A stretch of DNA of 64,000 nucleotides from Candidatus Hydrogenedentota bacterium (GTDB lineage: Bacteria; Hydrogenedentota; Hydrogenedentia; Hydrogenedentales; SLHB01): positions 1,963,697 through 2,027,696 of the forward strand of contig CAXXYE010000009.1 of the NCBI GenBank assembly GCA_963674865.2. Direction: 5' to 3'. Shown piece by piece: positions 39,805 through 50,433 of this stretch. The first letter of the stretch is position 1. Each line of letters begins with the position of its first letter. Below the pieces are notes generated by a model. It was given only the letters and a program-made list of their open reading frames with translations. It had not been told where the DNA came from and did not search any database. The position numbers were made by a program, and so were the translations under genes.

Positions 39805-39947
39805 GGCCGGAGAGGACAACCGATCGAGGATTGGCGTTTTCTCCGGTGGCCCGCGATTCGGAGTCTCGCCGATGTGTTCTCGGGACGCTCAGATGGCCGC
39901 TCTCACCGCGGCGAAGCCAAGGCTCCCAGCGATAAGTTAGGAAGAAG

Positions 39948-41030
39948 ATGCCTCAACCAAACGAAGCCACCAGAAATCCTGTTGAGCCGGTTAGATTGGC
40001 TGTAATCGGCGCAGGATTGATGGGCAGAAAACATGCTGGCCTGATCCACGCGCATGATGCGTGCTCACTCGTCGGGATCTGCGATGTCCATCCCGGCTGC
40101 AAGGCGTTCGCCGACGAGCTGAGCGTGCCCTTCTATCGAGACGCAGTGGGACTTATCGAGCATGAGCATCCCGAAGGCGCCATTATCGCCACGCCCAACG
40201 GACTGCATTCGGCCTTGGCCGAGATCTGCGCTCGACGATCCGTGCACACCTTAATCGAGAAGCCGATTGCCGATGCCCTCGACGAGGCGCGCCGAATTGT
40301 CGCGCTAGAAGATGACTTTGGCATTCAGATGCTGATCGGCCACCATCGACGCCACAATCCGCTTGTCCAAGAAGCCCGCGCCATCGTCAATAGCGGCGAA
40401 TTGGGCAGACTCGTCGCCGTTTCCATGTTATGGACATTGTATAAGCCGGACGATTACTACGGTGTGGAATGGCGCTGCAAACGTCCGGGAGGCGGCCCCA
40501 CGCTCATCAACCTCATTCACGAGTTCGATATTCTTCGCTATGTCTGCGGCGAAATCGATCGGATCTACGCTCAAACAAGCTCGGCGGTAAGGGCGCTGGA
40601 TGTTGAGGATACCATCAGTGCAACGCTTTCATTTGCCAACGGCGCGGTAGGTTCGTTGCTGGCATCCGACACAACACCCGCTCCGTGGTCGTACGAAATG
40701 ACCACCGGCGAGAATCCTTACTACTTCCATGCTGACGAGAACTGCTATCACATCTTGGGCACGCTAGGTTCTCTGGCCTTTCCGCAGATGGCGAGGTGGC
40801 GCTATGCAGATGAAGGCCGAATGGGTTGGCAGCATCCTCTAGAGGCTTCGTGTGTTGACGTTCCTCCGGCTGATCCATTGGTGAAGCAGCTCGAGCACTT
40901 CTGCCGCGTTGTTAGGCGTGTGGAAGCGCCAATCGTTTCCCCGCGGGACGCCGCGCAAACGCTCGCTGTGTCCCTGGCCGCACTGGAATCAGCGGAGAGC
41001 CGCGAGCCCGTCGAGGTTATGCCGGTGTGA
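39948..41030 (+). CDS. Gfo/Idh/MocA NAD-dependent oxidoreductase
   Basis: IGAGLMG, ATPN..H, EKPIA, GHHRRH, GGGP..INLIH. Confidence 0.9.
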   Translation: MPQPNEATRNPVEPVRLAVIGAGLMGRKHAGLIHAHDACSLVGICDVHPGCKAFADELSVPFYRDAVGLIEHEHPEGAIIATPNGLHSALAEICARRSVHTLIEKPIADALDEARRIVALEDDFGIQMLIGHHRRHNPLVQEARAIVNSGELGRLVAVSMLWTLYKPDDYYGVEWRCKRPGGGPTLINLIHEFDILRYVCGEIDRIYAQTSSAVRALDVEDTISATLSFANGAVGSLLASDTTPAPWSYEMTTGENPYYFHADENCYHILGTLGSLAFPQMARWRYADEGRMGWQHPLEASCVDVPPADPLVKQLEHFCRVVRRVEAPIVSPRDAAQTLAVSLAALESAESREPVEVMPV

Positions 41031-41175
41031 ACCTGAATCGGGCATGCTCGCCCGGGGCGATACAACGCCGGGCAGGAGCAACGATGGACAGGGGCGTTTC
41101 GCTTGTTTGCGTAGGCCCTGCTTGTCTCGTGTATCATCCGGGGGAAATGGGCTTGGCGAAGCAAGGAGTCTGCGG

Positions 41176-42387
41176 ATGTCCTCGAACACATCATGTAAGT
41201 TAGCCATTATGGGCGGCTCGCCCGTGCGTGGGCCGGAGAAGGCGTGGCCGTCGTGGCCGCAATTCGACGATGCGGAGCGGAAAGCCGTCAACGAGGTGCT
41301 GGAAAGCGGCGCATGGTGGCACGGCGAGCGCGTGCAAGCCTTCGAGCAGGATTACGCCGCGTTTCAGGACGCGCGATACGGCGTGTCCGCGTGCAGCGGG
41401 ACGGCGTGTCTTGAGATCGCCCTCCAGGCGCTGGGCATCGGTGCGGGGGACGAGGTTATTGTCCCGCCGTTCACCTTTATCGCTACGGCGTCCGCGGTGG
41501 CGCGTGTGGGGGCGGCGCCCGTGTTCGTGGACGTCGATGAAACGTGGAATCTGGATCCCGCCCTTATCGAGGACGCGATTACCGAGCGGACGAAGGCCAT
41601 TATCCCGGTACACTTCGCCGGGCGCGTCTGCGATATGGACAGGATAGGCGAGATTGCCGAGGGCCGCGGACTGCATCTGCTCGAGGATGCGTGCCATTCC
41701 TGGGGGTCGAAATGGAAAGGCAAAGGGACGGGCGCTTTAGGACTCGGCGGCGTGTTTAGCTTCCAGATGTCGAAGAATATCACGGCCGCCGAGGGCGGCA
41801 TCATCGTGACGGATGATGAGGATTTCGCCGAGCGGTGCCGCTCGATCAGCAACTGCGGGCGCGCCCGTGACGGGCAATGGTACGGCCACGCCCGGATCGG
41901 CACCAACGCCCGGATGACGGAGTTTCAGGCGGCCATCTTGAATGCGCAACTCGGGCGGCTCGAGGAGCAAACCGTCAGACGCGAAAAGCACGCGGCGCTG
42001 CTCGATGCGGCCCTGAGTCCGCTTGAGGGCTTGACGCCGCAGCCGGGCGATTCACGCATCACGCGGCGTGCGTACCACCTCTACTGCCTGCGCCTTGACG
42101 AAGATGCTTTCGGTTGCTCGCGCGAGCGCTTGTGCGAGGCGGCGCAGGCGGAGGGCCTGCCCTTGGGGCCGGGCTATACCGTGCCGTTGTACAAGCAGCC
42201 GGCCATCGCGAATCTCAAAGGCGGCCCGGATTACGCGGCGTGCCGCTGTCCGATGACGGAGGACCTCTGCTACCGGAGCGGCATGTGGCTCCACCATAAG
42301 CTCCTCCTCGCCGGCCCGCAGGATATGCAGGACATCATCGATATTCTCCTGAAGCTCAAGGAACACGTCGGGGAATTGAGCGACTGA
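41176..42387 (+). CDS. DegT/DnrJ/EryC1/StrS PLP-dependent sugar aminotransferase
   Basis: GDEVIVP.FTFIAT, EDACH, FSFQMSKNIT.EGG; AAGGAG RBS before ATG 41176. Confidence 0.9.
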   Translation: MSSNTSCKLAIMGGSPVRGPEKAWPSWPQFDDAERKAVNEVLESGAWWHGERVQAFEQDYAAFQDARYGVSACSGTACLEIALQALGIGAGDEVIVPPFTFIATASAVARVGAAPVFVDVDETWNLDPALIEDAITERTKAIIPVHFAGRVCDMDRIGEIAEGRGLHLLEDACHSWGSKWKGKGTGALGLGGVFSFQMSKNITAAEGGIIVTDDEDFAERCRSISNCGRARDGQWYGHARIGTNARMTEFQAAILNAQLGRLEEQTVRREKHAALLDAALSPLEGLTPQPGDSRITRRAYHLYCLRLDEDAFGCSRERLCEAAQAEGLPLGPGYTVPLYKQPAIANLKGGPDYAACRCPMTEDLCYRSGMWLHHKLLLAGPQDMQDIIDILLKLKEHVGELSD

Positions 42388-42419
42388 ACACGCAGAGCCG
42401 GCCGATTCCGGCCATCGAC

Positions 42420-43688
42420 TCAGCGGGTGGCTTCCTCCTGGGCGATGCGCGCCCAGGCCGTCAGGAGTTCGGGCCGGCCGTCGAATGAGTGGATATCGCT
42501 GATGTTGAAGTCCATCGGGTGGCCGTCGGCCTGCTCGATGAGCTTACGCAGCCCGCGGCGGATGTCATCCTCGGACGCCCCGAAGAACACCTTGCCCGGA
42601 TGATCGTGAACTTCGAGCACCACCCGCCCCTGGAACCGATCACGGGCCTTCTCGATGGACGACCACGGGGACACATGGAAGCGGCGCAGATTCGGCAGTT
42701 CCGCCAGGACCTCGAGCTTTTCGTCCAAACACTCGCATCCGTGGTAGTAGACGGTGCTACCTGTGAATAGCTCTGCCTCGCGCGTCGTGTAGGGATGGAC
42801 GAAGGCCGCATACTGCGCCAGGCCGAGGCCCGCGGAGGTTTGCGCGGAGAGATAGGCCCATTCATCCTCGAGGCGGGGCCCGCGTTGCGCGAAGTCCGCG
42901 GCGAGGTGGGCGCAATGAACTCGGAATCCGACGCGTTGGTATTGCCCCTCGTCCTCCGGGAAGATGTTCAGCCAGCCATGGGCCTCTCGCCGCTTATCGT
43001 AGGCCACCTCGGCCGTCGTGAGGAAGTCCATCAGGGCCGCCACCTCATCCGGCGCGGCGATGGTGTCCATGAGCAGATCCTGCATGCCGCGCATGGCAGT
43101 GGCCGTGTCGAAGGGCGCATGGCCCATTTTCCGGTATTGGGCGAAGACGATGAGGCGGCCGCCGGTGAGTTCCCGTGCGAGGTCGATGGCGGCGCTGACG
43201 GCCGCGCTATCGAAGTCGAAGCGGGGTGCGGTTAGGCGTTTCACGTCGATACCGTCGGCGAAGGGCGCCTTGTAGCTCTTCGCGCCGAGTTCATCGTCGG
43301 GACGCTCCCAACCGATGGCCACGCCCCATCCGCGCGTCTCGACGCAGGGCGCGGAGATGATGATCGAGGGCCACACGATGTGGTCGTCCGGCACGTTCTC
43401 CGCCATCCAGATGCTGCGGCGCAGGTCGAACTCGATGGAACGCGCCAGAGGGGCTTGGCAGCGGAGGAAGTCCTCGCCGAACATGAACCGCCATTGCGGC
43501 CCGGGAATGCCTTCGTAATAGACGCACACGGGAATCTTGGGGACGGGCCGCAGGGCCTGATGATCCGCCCACAGCGCCTTCTTCTCGGCCTCGCCGGGGC
43601 GCGCGGCCAATACGAGCAGGCGATCAACCAGCGGCCGGAGGATAGCCTGATCGCTCTTCATGGATTCGGGCCTGGCGGCATTGCACAT
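42420..43688 (-). CDS. URO-D/MtaA-like TIM-barrel protein of unknown function (paralogue 1)
   Basis: MRGMQDLLMD..APDEV..LM, W..SAQ, YHGCECLD, LPNLRRFHVSPW. Confidence 0.65.
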   Translation of the reverse strand: MCNAARPESMKSDQAILRPLVDRLLVLAARPGEAEKKALWADHQALRPVPKIPVCVYYEGIPGPQWRFMFGEDFLRCQAPLARSIEFDLRRSIWMAENVPDDHIVWPSIIISAPCVETRGWGVAIGWERPDDELGAKSYKAPFADGIDVKRLTAPRFDFDSAAVSAAIDLARELTGGRLIVFAQYRKMGHAPFDTATAMRGMQDLLMDTIAAPDEVAALMDFLTTAEVAYDKRREAHGWLNIFPEDEGQYQRVGFRVHCAHLAADFAQRGPRLEDEWAYLSAQTSAGLGLAQYAAFVHPYTTREAELFTGSTVYYHGCECLDEKLEVLAELPNLRRFHVSPWSSIEKARDRFQGRVVLEVHDHPGKVFFGASEDDIRRGLRKLIEQADGHPMDFNISDIHSFDGRPELLTAWARIAQEEATR

Positions 43689-43712
43689 CAGTTAGCGAGT
43701 CCTCTTCTTGAC

Positions 43713-44930
43713 TCACGGCTCGACGAGAGGCGGTGACTCGACGAAGAGGTCCTTCCACATAATGCCGTCCACGCCGCCCGCGTGGAGTTGCAGGGCAAAG
43801 CCCCCGGCGAAGACCTGGGGGGCGGCATCGTAGAAGTCGGTGACGCGGAATCCGTTCACCCACGAGGTGATGTGGTTGCCGACGGAGCGGATCTCGATCT
43901 CGTTCCATTGATCCGGCCGGAGGGCGTAGGCGCCGAGCTGCTTCTTGTCCGGTGGGATGATCCAGCCGCGTCGATAACTTTCGTAATGCCAGCCCGTGCT
44001 GCCGGGATAACTTGGCTCGACTTCGCCCTGCACGCCGGATATCAGCGGATAATTCTTGTCGTTATAGCGGATCGTGGAGTGATAGAAGAGGCCGAAATTG
44101 CCCGCTCCGAGCATCTTGAACGCGCCGCGGACGCGGAAATCCTTCCACGATGCGTTGGTGGCCAGATAGCCCTCCGACTTGTCCGGCCCGCTACGGCCGA
44201 CGATGATCCCATTCTCGACGCTCCATTCCTCGGTGCCCCACCGTGTCCAGCCGTCGAGATCAGCGCCGTTGAACAGGGGGCGCCAAGCGCCGGTTCTGTC
44301 CAAGTCGCGGATGCGGATGTTTCGGAACTGGATCTCCGCCGGCGCGCCTTCCAGGGGCGATACCTGCAAGGCCAGGATGCCTTTGAGCATGGCTTCATCC
44401 TCGACGCGCGTCGCGATGACCCCGTTCACCGCTACCTCGATCACGGCTCCCTCGGCGGCGATGTGCATCGTGTTCCAATCCGTGGCCTTCACGGTCTTCT
44501 GAGCGTCCACCGACGGCCCGGTGAGCAGGCCGCGTCCGTTTTCATCGATGAGCGAGGCGGTGCCGGCTTCGCTGCGCGTCTCGATATTTGCCTGGTAGCC
44601 GTACATCTGCGTGGGGAGTTCTTGGGCCGGAACGCCCTCCGCCGCGGGCAGTACGGGGAGGATGTGGGAGCGGAACTGCACACCGCCATTGCACGCCACG
44701 GGCGTCTTGAATTCGAGTTCCAACTCGAAATCGGCGAACTCCTCTGTAGACCTCATCCACGCCATCTCACCCTCCGCCGCGCGGCCTATGAGCACGCCGT
44801 CTTCAACGGCCCACTGGCCTGAAAGCGGCTGGAGATTCTCGAAGTGCTCGTAGCGCACGTCCTGCCAGGGCGCCTCAGCGGCAAGTGCGGGCAGGGCAGC
44901 AAGTAACAGAATAGCGGCGGCTCGTTTCAT
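43713..44930 (-). CDS. Secreted tandem DUF1080 (3-keto-disaccharide hydrolase-like) protein
   Basis: Two repeats: W.VE.G.L.G, DF.L.LEF, N.GV.F, GYQ, WN..I, G.IALQ.H; start MKRAA at 44930. Confidence 0.85.
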   Translation of the reverse strand: MKRAAAILLLAALPALAAEAPWQDVRYEHFENLQPLSGQWAVEDGVLIGRAAEGEMAWMRSTEEFADFELELEFKTPVACNGGVQFRSHILPVLPAAEGVPAQELPTQMYGYQANIETRSEAGTASLIDENGRGLLTGPSVDAQKTVKATDWNTMHIAAEGAVIEVAVNGVIATRVEDEAMLKGILALQVSPLEGAPAEIQFRNIRIRDLDRTGAWRPLFNGADLDGWTRWGTEEWSVENGIIVGRSGPDKSEGYLATNASWKDFRVRGAFKMLGAGNFGLFYHSTIRYNDKNYPLISGVQGEVEPSYPGSTGWHYESYRRGWIIPPDKKQLGAYALRPDQWNEIEIRSVGNHITSWVNGFRVTDFYDAAPQVFAGGFALQLHAGGVDGIMWKDLFVESPPLVEP

Positions 44931-45162
44931 GATTGTCTCCTGTGAGTATCGAAATTTTCGGACGGCTCTCGTATTGCGCCTTTGGCGCCTGAAAGCACGG
45001 AAAACGAGACAGGAACAAGCGCGGCATAGAGCAGCCGTTCCCATCATCTCCGGCCACCATTTGGCCGGTTGTCGTTGATGACGCGATTGTGTTACACCAA
45101 GTGTGGGTTGATTCTCAACATTCCTCGCTGGGGAGGCGTGTTCCGACTGGAGGATGTGGACA

Positions 45163-46137
45163 ATGGAATACCGTCAATTGGGCAAATGGGGCGCGCGAGT
45201 CAGTTGTCTGGGCCTGGGAAGCTATCTCACCATCGGCATGACGTGTGATGAGAAGATGTCGCGGGATACCATCCGCGTGGCCTATGAGAATGGAATCAAC
45301 TATTTCGATACGGCAAACGCCTATAATCGCGGTGAGGCCGAGGTCGTCCTTGGCAAATGCCTCGCGGAGCTCCCGCGTTCCGACCTGTTCGTTCTGACGA
45401 AGGTTTTCGCGCCCATGGGGGACGGCCCGAACGACCGCGGCCTGTCCGCCAAGCACATCCGCGAGCAATGCGAAGCCAGCCTCAAGCGCCTGGGAATGGA
45501 CTATGTGGACGTGTACATGTGCCACCGGCCCGATCCGGCCACGCCCGTCGAGGAAAGCGTCCGCGCCATGGAGGATCTGGCCCGGGCCGGGAAGATCATC
45601 TACTGGGGCATCAGCGAGTGGCCGGCGCCGATGATTGTCAAGGCCAACGCCATCGCCAAGGAGATAGGTGCGCGGCCGATGGCCGTCAGCCAGCCGCGCT
45701 ACAGTCTGCTCTATCGCTATCCTGAGCAACTCCTCTTCCCGACGACGGATGGTGAAGGCATCGGCAACGTCGTCTTCTCGTCCCTGGCGCACGGCATGCT
45801 GACGGGGAAGTACAAGCCCGGCGAGGAGGCCCCGGCGGGGACGCGCGCGGCCGATGATCGCCAGAACGCGGTTATTAAAGCGCTCTACTGGAATGAAAAA
45901 AACAAGGAAAAGGCCCAGGAACTCGTGACAATCGCCAAGGATTTGGGCGTGAGCGCCGCGGAACTCGCTATTGCGTGGTGTCTGAGAAATCCGAGCGTAA
46001 CAAGCGTGATCCTAGGCGCGACGCGTGTCGAGCAAGTCGAGCAGAACTTGAAGGCGGTGGGGCTGGAGCTGTCCGAGGATGTCATCGAGCGCCTCGACAC
46101 GCTCTTCCCGCGGGCGCAGGCGGTGCCTGGTGTGTGA
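45163..46137 (+). CDS. Aldo/keto reductase (Kv-beta-like)
   Basis: MEYRQLG, GINYFDTANAY, TK, SLKRLG.DYVD.Y.CH, WGISEW, GMLTGKY. Confidence 0.92.
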   Translation: MEYRQLGKWGARVSCLGLGSYLTIGMTCDEKMSRDTIRVAYENGINYFDTANAYNRGEAEVVLGKCLAELPRSDLFVLTKVFAPMGDGPNDRGLSAKHIREQCEASLKRLGMDYVDVYMCHRPDPATPVEESVRAMEDLARAGKIIYWGISEWPAPMIVKANAIAKEIGARPMAVSQPRYSLLYRYPEQLLFPTTDGEGIGNVVFSSLAHGMLTGKYKPGEEAPAGTRAADDRQNAVIKALYWNEKNKEKAQELVTIAKDLGVSAAELAIAWCLRNPSVTSVILGATRVEQVEQNLKAVGLELSEDVIERLDTLFPRAQAVPGV

Positions 46138-46200
46138 TCAGGCGCGGCGCGTGTGGGCTGCTCCCCGGGCCTTGCCCGACAGCAGCGGAGTGCTGCCCCT

Positions 46201-47958
46201 ATGAAGGATCCGCGCGTAAAGGTTGCGCTCTTATCAATCGCCTGCAATGCGGCCTTGGTGTTGCTCAAGCTGCTGGGCGCCAACCTGTCGCTCAGCATGG
46301 CGATGAAGGCGGATGCCATCCATTCGCTATCGGACGTCTTCGTGTCGGCGTTGGTACTGTACGGCGTGCTACTTTCGCAGAAGCACAAACGCTGGCTGAA
46401 TACCGTCGAGAACGTCATCGCCCTCATCATCTCCCTGTTTATCTTTAGCGCGGCGGCCGGGATTCTAGTCGAAGCGCTTCGCCCTCGGGGGGAGGGCCTG
46501 ACGCGTCTGCCCGCGGCCATCGGCATTGTCTGGGCGTGCATTCTCATTTCGTACGCTATTTCGCAATACAAAGTCCGTCACGGCCGCGCCTGCAAGTCGC
46601 CGAGCATCGAGGCGGATGGCTATCACTCGCTCATGGACATGTATTCCTCCGTGATTGTGTTGATTGGCTTGGTGGGCCACCTGATCGGGATAGGCCTGGA
46701 TACGGCCGCGTCGATCATCGTGGCGCTGCTGATTTTTAAAGTGGGCCTCGAAACCATGGTGGCCTCCATAGAGGGCTTGACCTCCTCCGAACTCTTCTCG
46801 GTGAGAACCATCGGCGAGTTTTTCCGGGATAGTCGCCTGGGCAGGGCGTTGTCCGGTGCGCAAGAGCGGCTGGTTGAGTTGATACCACTACAGGCTGTTC
46901 CGATGTTGGAGCGCACGGGGCGGGCGGTGTACAGGCACCGGCGTGCCGCCGTGGTATTCGTAATCGCTCTCGGCCTCGTGGCTTACGCTGCGACGGGGCT
47001 CTTCCGCATCCAGCCGGATGAACTCGGCGTGGTGCTTGTCTGCGGGAAGCTCGAGCACGACAATCTCACGCCGGGCCTCCATTACCGCCCGCCATCGCCC
47101 CTATCCCGGCTCTACCGCGTGAAGGCCGGGAGGCTTCGCCAACTCGAATTCGGCTTCCGTACCGTCGCCCGGCGCGAGGATGTTCAGGAGCCTACCGCCT
47201 ATCTGTGGGAGAGCCGGCATACCACGGGCATCTACGAGAAGCGTGAGGCCGAGGCCGTCATGTTGACGGGCGATAAGAATGAAGCGGACGTGAACATCAC
47301 CATCGAGTACCGGGTGGCCGAGCGTGCCGCGGCCAAGTACCTGTTCCGCCTGGCCGACGTCGAGGCCGTTGTCCGGGCGGCTACGGAAAGCTGCACGCGC
47401 CATATCGTCGGCACCATGCGCCTGTCCGAAGTCCTTACGACGGCCCGGCAGGAACTCGAACACCGGTTGGGGCGGGAGCTTCAGGCGCTGCTTGACAGCT
47501 ACGACGCCGGTGTTGCCGTCTCGGCGGTGCGCCTACAGGATGTTCACCCGCCGGTGGCCGTCGTGCCCGCCTTCAGGCAGGTGGCCACGGCGCGCGAGAA
47601 CAAGGTCACCGTGGTTAACCAGGCCACCGCCTACCAGAAAGCCACCATTCCCAAGGCGCGGGGCGCGGCCCAATATATCCTGGCGGATGCGGACGCCTAC
47701 CGCGCCGAGAAGGAGCTTCACGCGACGGGCGATGCGACGTATTTCAACGCCGTTGCCGAAGTGGCCAAGCACTTCCCCGACGCCATGCCCTTCATTATGT
47801 ATATGGAGGCTGTCGATGCGGCGCTGCCGCCCCTGCGAAAGGTGATCCTGAGCCGCGCGCTCAGTGCCGGCGCGGGCGGGGCGCCTTTGGAGACGTATTT
47901 CCTCACCACCGAGTTCCTGAAGATGTTTGAGAGCGTGGCTGAGCGTGAGGAGGAGTAA
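46201..47958 (+). CDS. Cation diffusion facilitator (CDF) membrane domain fused to an HflK-type SPFH domain
   Basis: ADAIHSLSD and ADGYHSLMD metal-site helices; then a TM segment plus PGLHY, MLTGDKN, LQDVHPP..V..AF..V..A, IPKARG.A. Confidence 0.85.
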   Translation: MKDPRVKVALLSIACNAALVLLKLLGANLSLSMAMKADAIHSLSDVFVSALVLYGVLLSQKHKRWLNTVENVIALIISLFIFSAAAGILVEALRPRGEGLTRLPAAIGIVWACILISYAISQYKVRHGRACKSPSIEADGYHSLMDMYSSVIVLIGLVGHLIGIGLDTAASIIVALLIFKVGLETMVASIEGLTSSELFSVRTIGEFFRDSRLGRALSGAQERLVELIPLQAVPMLERTGRAVYRHRRAAVVFVIALGLVAYAATGLFRIQPDELGVVLVCGKLEHDNLTPGLHYRPPSPLSRLYRVKAGRLRQLEFGFRTVARREDVQEPTAYLWESRHTTGIYEKREAEAVMLTGDKNEADVNITIEYRVAERAAAKYLFRLADVEAVVRAATESCTRHIVGTMRLSEVLTTARQELEHRLGRELQALLDSYDAGVAVSAVRLQDVHPPVAVVPAFRQVATARENKVTVVNQATAYQKATIPKARGAAQYILADADAYRAEKELHATGDATYFNAVAEVAKHFPDAMPFIMYMEAVDAALPPLRKVILSRALSAGAGGAPLETYFLTTEFLKMFESVAEREEE

Positions 47959-48002
47959 GACGTGACATACCGGGACACGCGCGGCCTCTTAGGAGCACAT
48001 CC

Positions 48003-48926
48003 ATGAAACGGGCTCTTCTGATCATCGCGATACTGCTGCTGGCCGGACTCGTCCTCCGCTCGAGCGTATTCACGGTAGACGAGACGCAGTACGCCATCGT
48101 CACCACCTTCGGGAAGCCGGGCGCGCCCATCACGGAGCCGGGATTCCAGTGGAAGCTGCCCGCGCCGGCGCAGACGGTACTGCGCTTCGACAAGCGTCTG
48201 CAGGTTTTCGATCCGCGTCCCTCGGAGAACCTCACGCTCGACAGGAAGAACCTGGTTGTCGATAGCTTCGCGTGCTGGCGCATCGCGGACGCCCACCGGT
48301 TCCTGGTGAAGGTCGGCACCGCGGCGGGCGCGGAGAACAGCCTGGCCATGCTTGTTGCGTCGGAATTGAGCGCCGAATTGGGGAAACACGAGCTTTCCGA
48401 TCTGGTGTCCGTCAACGAGGACGAGGTCAAATTGACGGAGATCATGGACGCCGTCACGGCGCGGTGCCGCGATGCCGCTCTCGAAGACTATGGCATCGAG
48501 GTTGTGGACGTGCGTATCAAACGCATCAACCTTCCCTACGAGAATAAGGAGGCCGTCTACGAGCGCATGCGGGCCGAGCGCGATCAGAAGGCCAAGGAAT
48601 ACCGCGCGGCCGGTGAGGAGCAAGCCACCATCATCCGCGCGAAAACCGAGTCGGAGAAGCGGGCGATTCTCTCCGAGGCATATAAGGAGGCGCAGCGCAT
48701 CAAAGGGGAGGGCGATGCCCAGGCCATCGAGATTCAGAGCAGGGCCTTCAGCCAGGATCCTGAATTCTACAAGTTCATGCGCACCCTTTCTTCGTATGAG
48801 AAGGTCTTGGGAACGAATACGACGATGGTTATGTCCTCTCAAGCCGAGTTTCTGAGACTTCTGACGGAGTTCGATCCCGCGGACTTGGCCGCCAAGACAA
48901 GCGCCCCGACGGGAGATAAGCCGTGA
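48003..48926 (+). CDS. hflC: HflC-type SPFH protein
   Basis: FTVDETQ.AIV..FG, FDKRL, LT.D.KNL.VD, GIEVVDVRIKRI.LP, YERMRAER, DPEFY.F.RTL..Y. Confidence 0.88.
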   Translation: MKRALLIIAILLLAGLVLRSSVFTVDETQYAIVTTFGKPGAPITEPGFQWKLPAPAQTVLRFDKRLQVFDPRPSENLTLDRKNLVVDSFACWRIADAHRFLVKVGTAAGAENSLAMLVASELSAELGKHELSDLVSVNEDEVKLTEIMDAVTARCRDAALEDYGIEVVDVRIKRINLPYENKEAVYERMRAERDQKAKEYRAAGEEQATIIRAKTESEKRAILSEAYKEAQRIKGEGDAQAIEIQSRAFSQDPEFYKFMRTLSSYEKVLGTNTTMVMSSQAEFLRLLTEFDPADLAAKTSAPTGDKP

Positions 48927-49939
48927 GCGAGGCCAACGCGTCCGCCGCCGACGGCAAGGCGGTGCATGAGTGGCCCGGGCGCAATGGGCGGCCCTTGATG
49001 AGGGTGATTCTCATCTCGCTGGCCGTGTTTCTCCTGATCTACCTGCTCAGCGGGATTCGGCTTATCCGTCCCGAGGAGTTGGCGCTGGTGGCCCGCTTCG
49101 GCAAGCTTCGCCCCGTGCCGCTGACGCCCGGCACTCATTACTGCCTTCCTGCGCCTATCGATCGCGTCACGCGCATAAGGCCCAACGAGGTCAAGAGCGT
49201 TACGGTGGGCGCAAGGGCGATTGTCACGCCGCCCGAAGAGGGCGAGGCGGTGTTGGAATACGAGAGTGAAGAGACGAGCGAACTGCTTACCGGTGACGAG
49301 AATATCATCCACATTACGCTTAACATGCAGTACAAGGTGGGTGAGCCGGCGGCCTACGTCTTCAACACGCAATCTCCTGAGCGGCTGGTGAAACTGGCGG
49401 CGGAGGTGGCCTTGACGGATGTCGTCTCCCGCACGCCGGTGGATGATCTGCTGACATCCGGAAAACAATGGGTGCTTGCTCAGGTTAAGGAAAAGACTCA
49501 GTCGTATCTCGAGCAATATGGCGCGGGCGCTATGGTGATATCCGCGACCTTCGCCGGCGTGGCGCCGCCCATCGAAGTGGATGACGCCTTCAAGGATGTG
49601 GCGAGCGCCCTCGAAGACAGAGATCGGCGCATCAACGAGGCCACGGGGGAGTACAACGCGGCGATACCTCGCGCCAGAGGCGAGGCCATGCAACAGGTTG
49701 AGGAAGCGACCGCCGCGAAGAACGCGCGGATCAACCGCGCCCAGGGCGACGCCGATCGCTTCCTGGCCACTCTCCACGAATTCCGCCAGGCGGGGAACAA
49801 GGAGACATCGCTCCTCCGGCTCTACATGGAAACCATGGAAGACGTTATGCCCCGGCTCAAGAAGTACATTGTTCAGACGCACTCCGGCCTGTCCCGCGCG
49901 GCACAGGAAGGTGGGGCCTCCGCGGGGGGCGGGCAATGA
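48923..49939 (+). CDS. hflK: HflK-type SPFH protein
   Basis: RFGK, PG.HY.LP.PID, LLTGDENII, PP.EV.DAF.DV, IPRARGEA, RLYMETME; overlaps the hflC stop. Confidence 0.88.
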   Translation: MSEANASAADGKAVHEWPGRNGRPLMRVILISLAVFLLIYLLSGIRLIRPEELALVARFGKLRPVPLTPGTHYCLPAPIDRVTRIRPNEVKSVTVGARAIVTPPEEGEAVLEYESEETSELLTGDENIIHITLNMQYKVGEPAAYVFNTQSPERLVKLAAEVALTDVVSRTPVDDLLTSGKQWVLAQVKEKTQSYLEQYGAGAMVISATFAGVAPPIEVDDAFKDVASALEDRDRRINEATGEYNAAIPRARGEAMQQVEEATAAKNARINRAQGDADRFLATLHEFRQAGNKETSLLRLYMETMEDVMPRLKKYIVQTHSGLSRAAQEGGASAGGGQ

Positions 49940-50406
49940 TTGAAGTCCATATCCCTGGTTGGCGGGACCTTCGCCTTGAGCACGTTGTCCTGGATTACAA
50001 CGGCACCATGGCCTGCGATGGGGCGTTGCTTCCTGGCGTCGGCGCGGCCTTGAAGTCTCTCTCCGAACGGCTCCAGGTTCATGTTGTGACGGCGGATACC
50101 TTCGGACGGGCTGCGGGGGAGATTGAGGACTTGCCTTTCACGCTGTCCGTTCTTCCGGAAGGGCGGCATGACGCCGCGAAGCGCGACTACGTCGAGCGGC
50201 TGGACGCGTCGGGCGTCGCAGGTATCGGCAATGGCCGGAATGACCGGCTGATGCTCGAGGCCGCCGCGCTCGGTATCGCCGTCGTTCAGGAAGAGGGCGC
50301 CGCAAGCGAGACGGTTTGCGCCGCCGATGTGGTTTGCCCGAATATCCTCTCCGCTCTGGCGCTGCTCGAACACCCTTTGCGCCTGGTGGCGACCCTGCGC
50401 GCATAG
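49936..50406 (+). CDS. Small HAD hydrolase of the soluble P-type-ATPase-like group
   Basis: LDYNGT, VTADTFG, K..YV..L, IGNGRND..ML..A.LGI.V; ATGA overlap with hflK. Confidence 0.85.
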   Translation: MIEVHIPGWRDLRLEHVVLDYNGTMACDGALLPGVGAALKSLSERLQVHVVTADTFGRAAGEIEDLPFTLSVLPEGRHDAAKRDYVERLDASGVAGIGNGRNDRLMLEAAALGIAVVQEEGAASETVCAADVVCPNILSALALLEHPLRLVATLRA

Positions 50407-50433
50407 GCGCTGGACCTCCCGCGCGGCGTTGCC

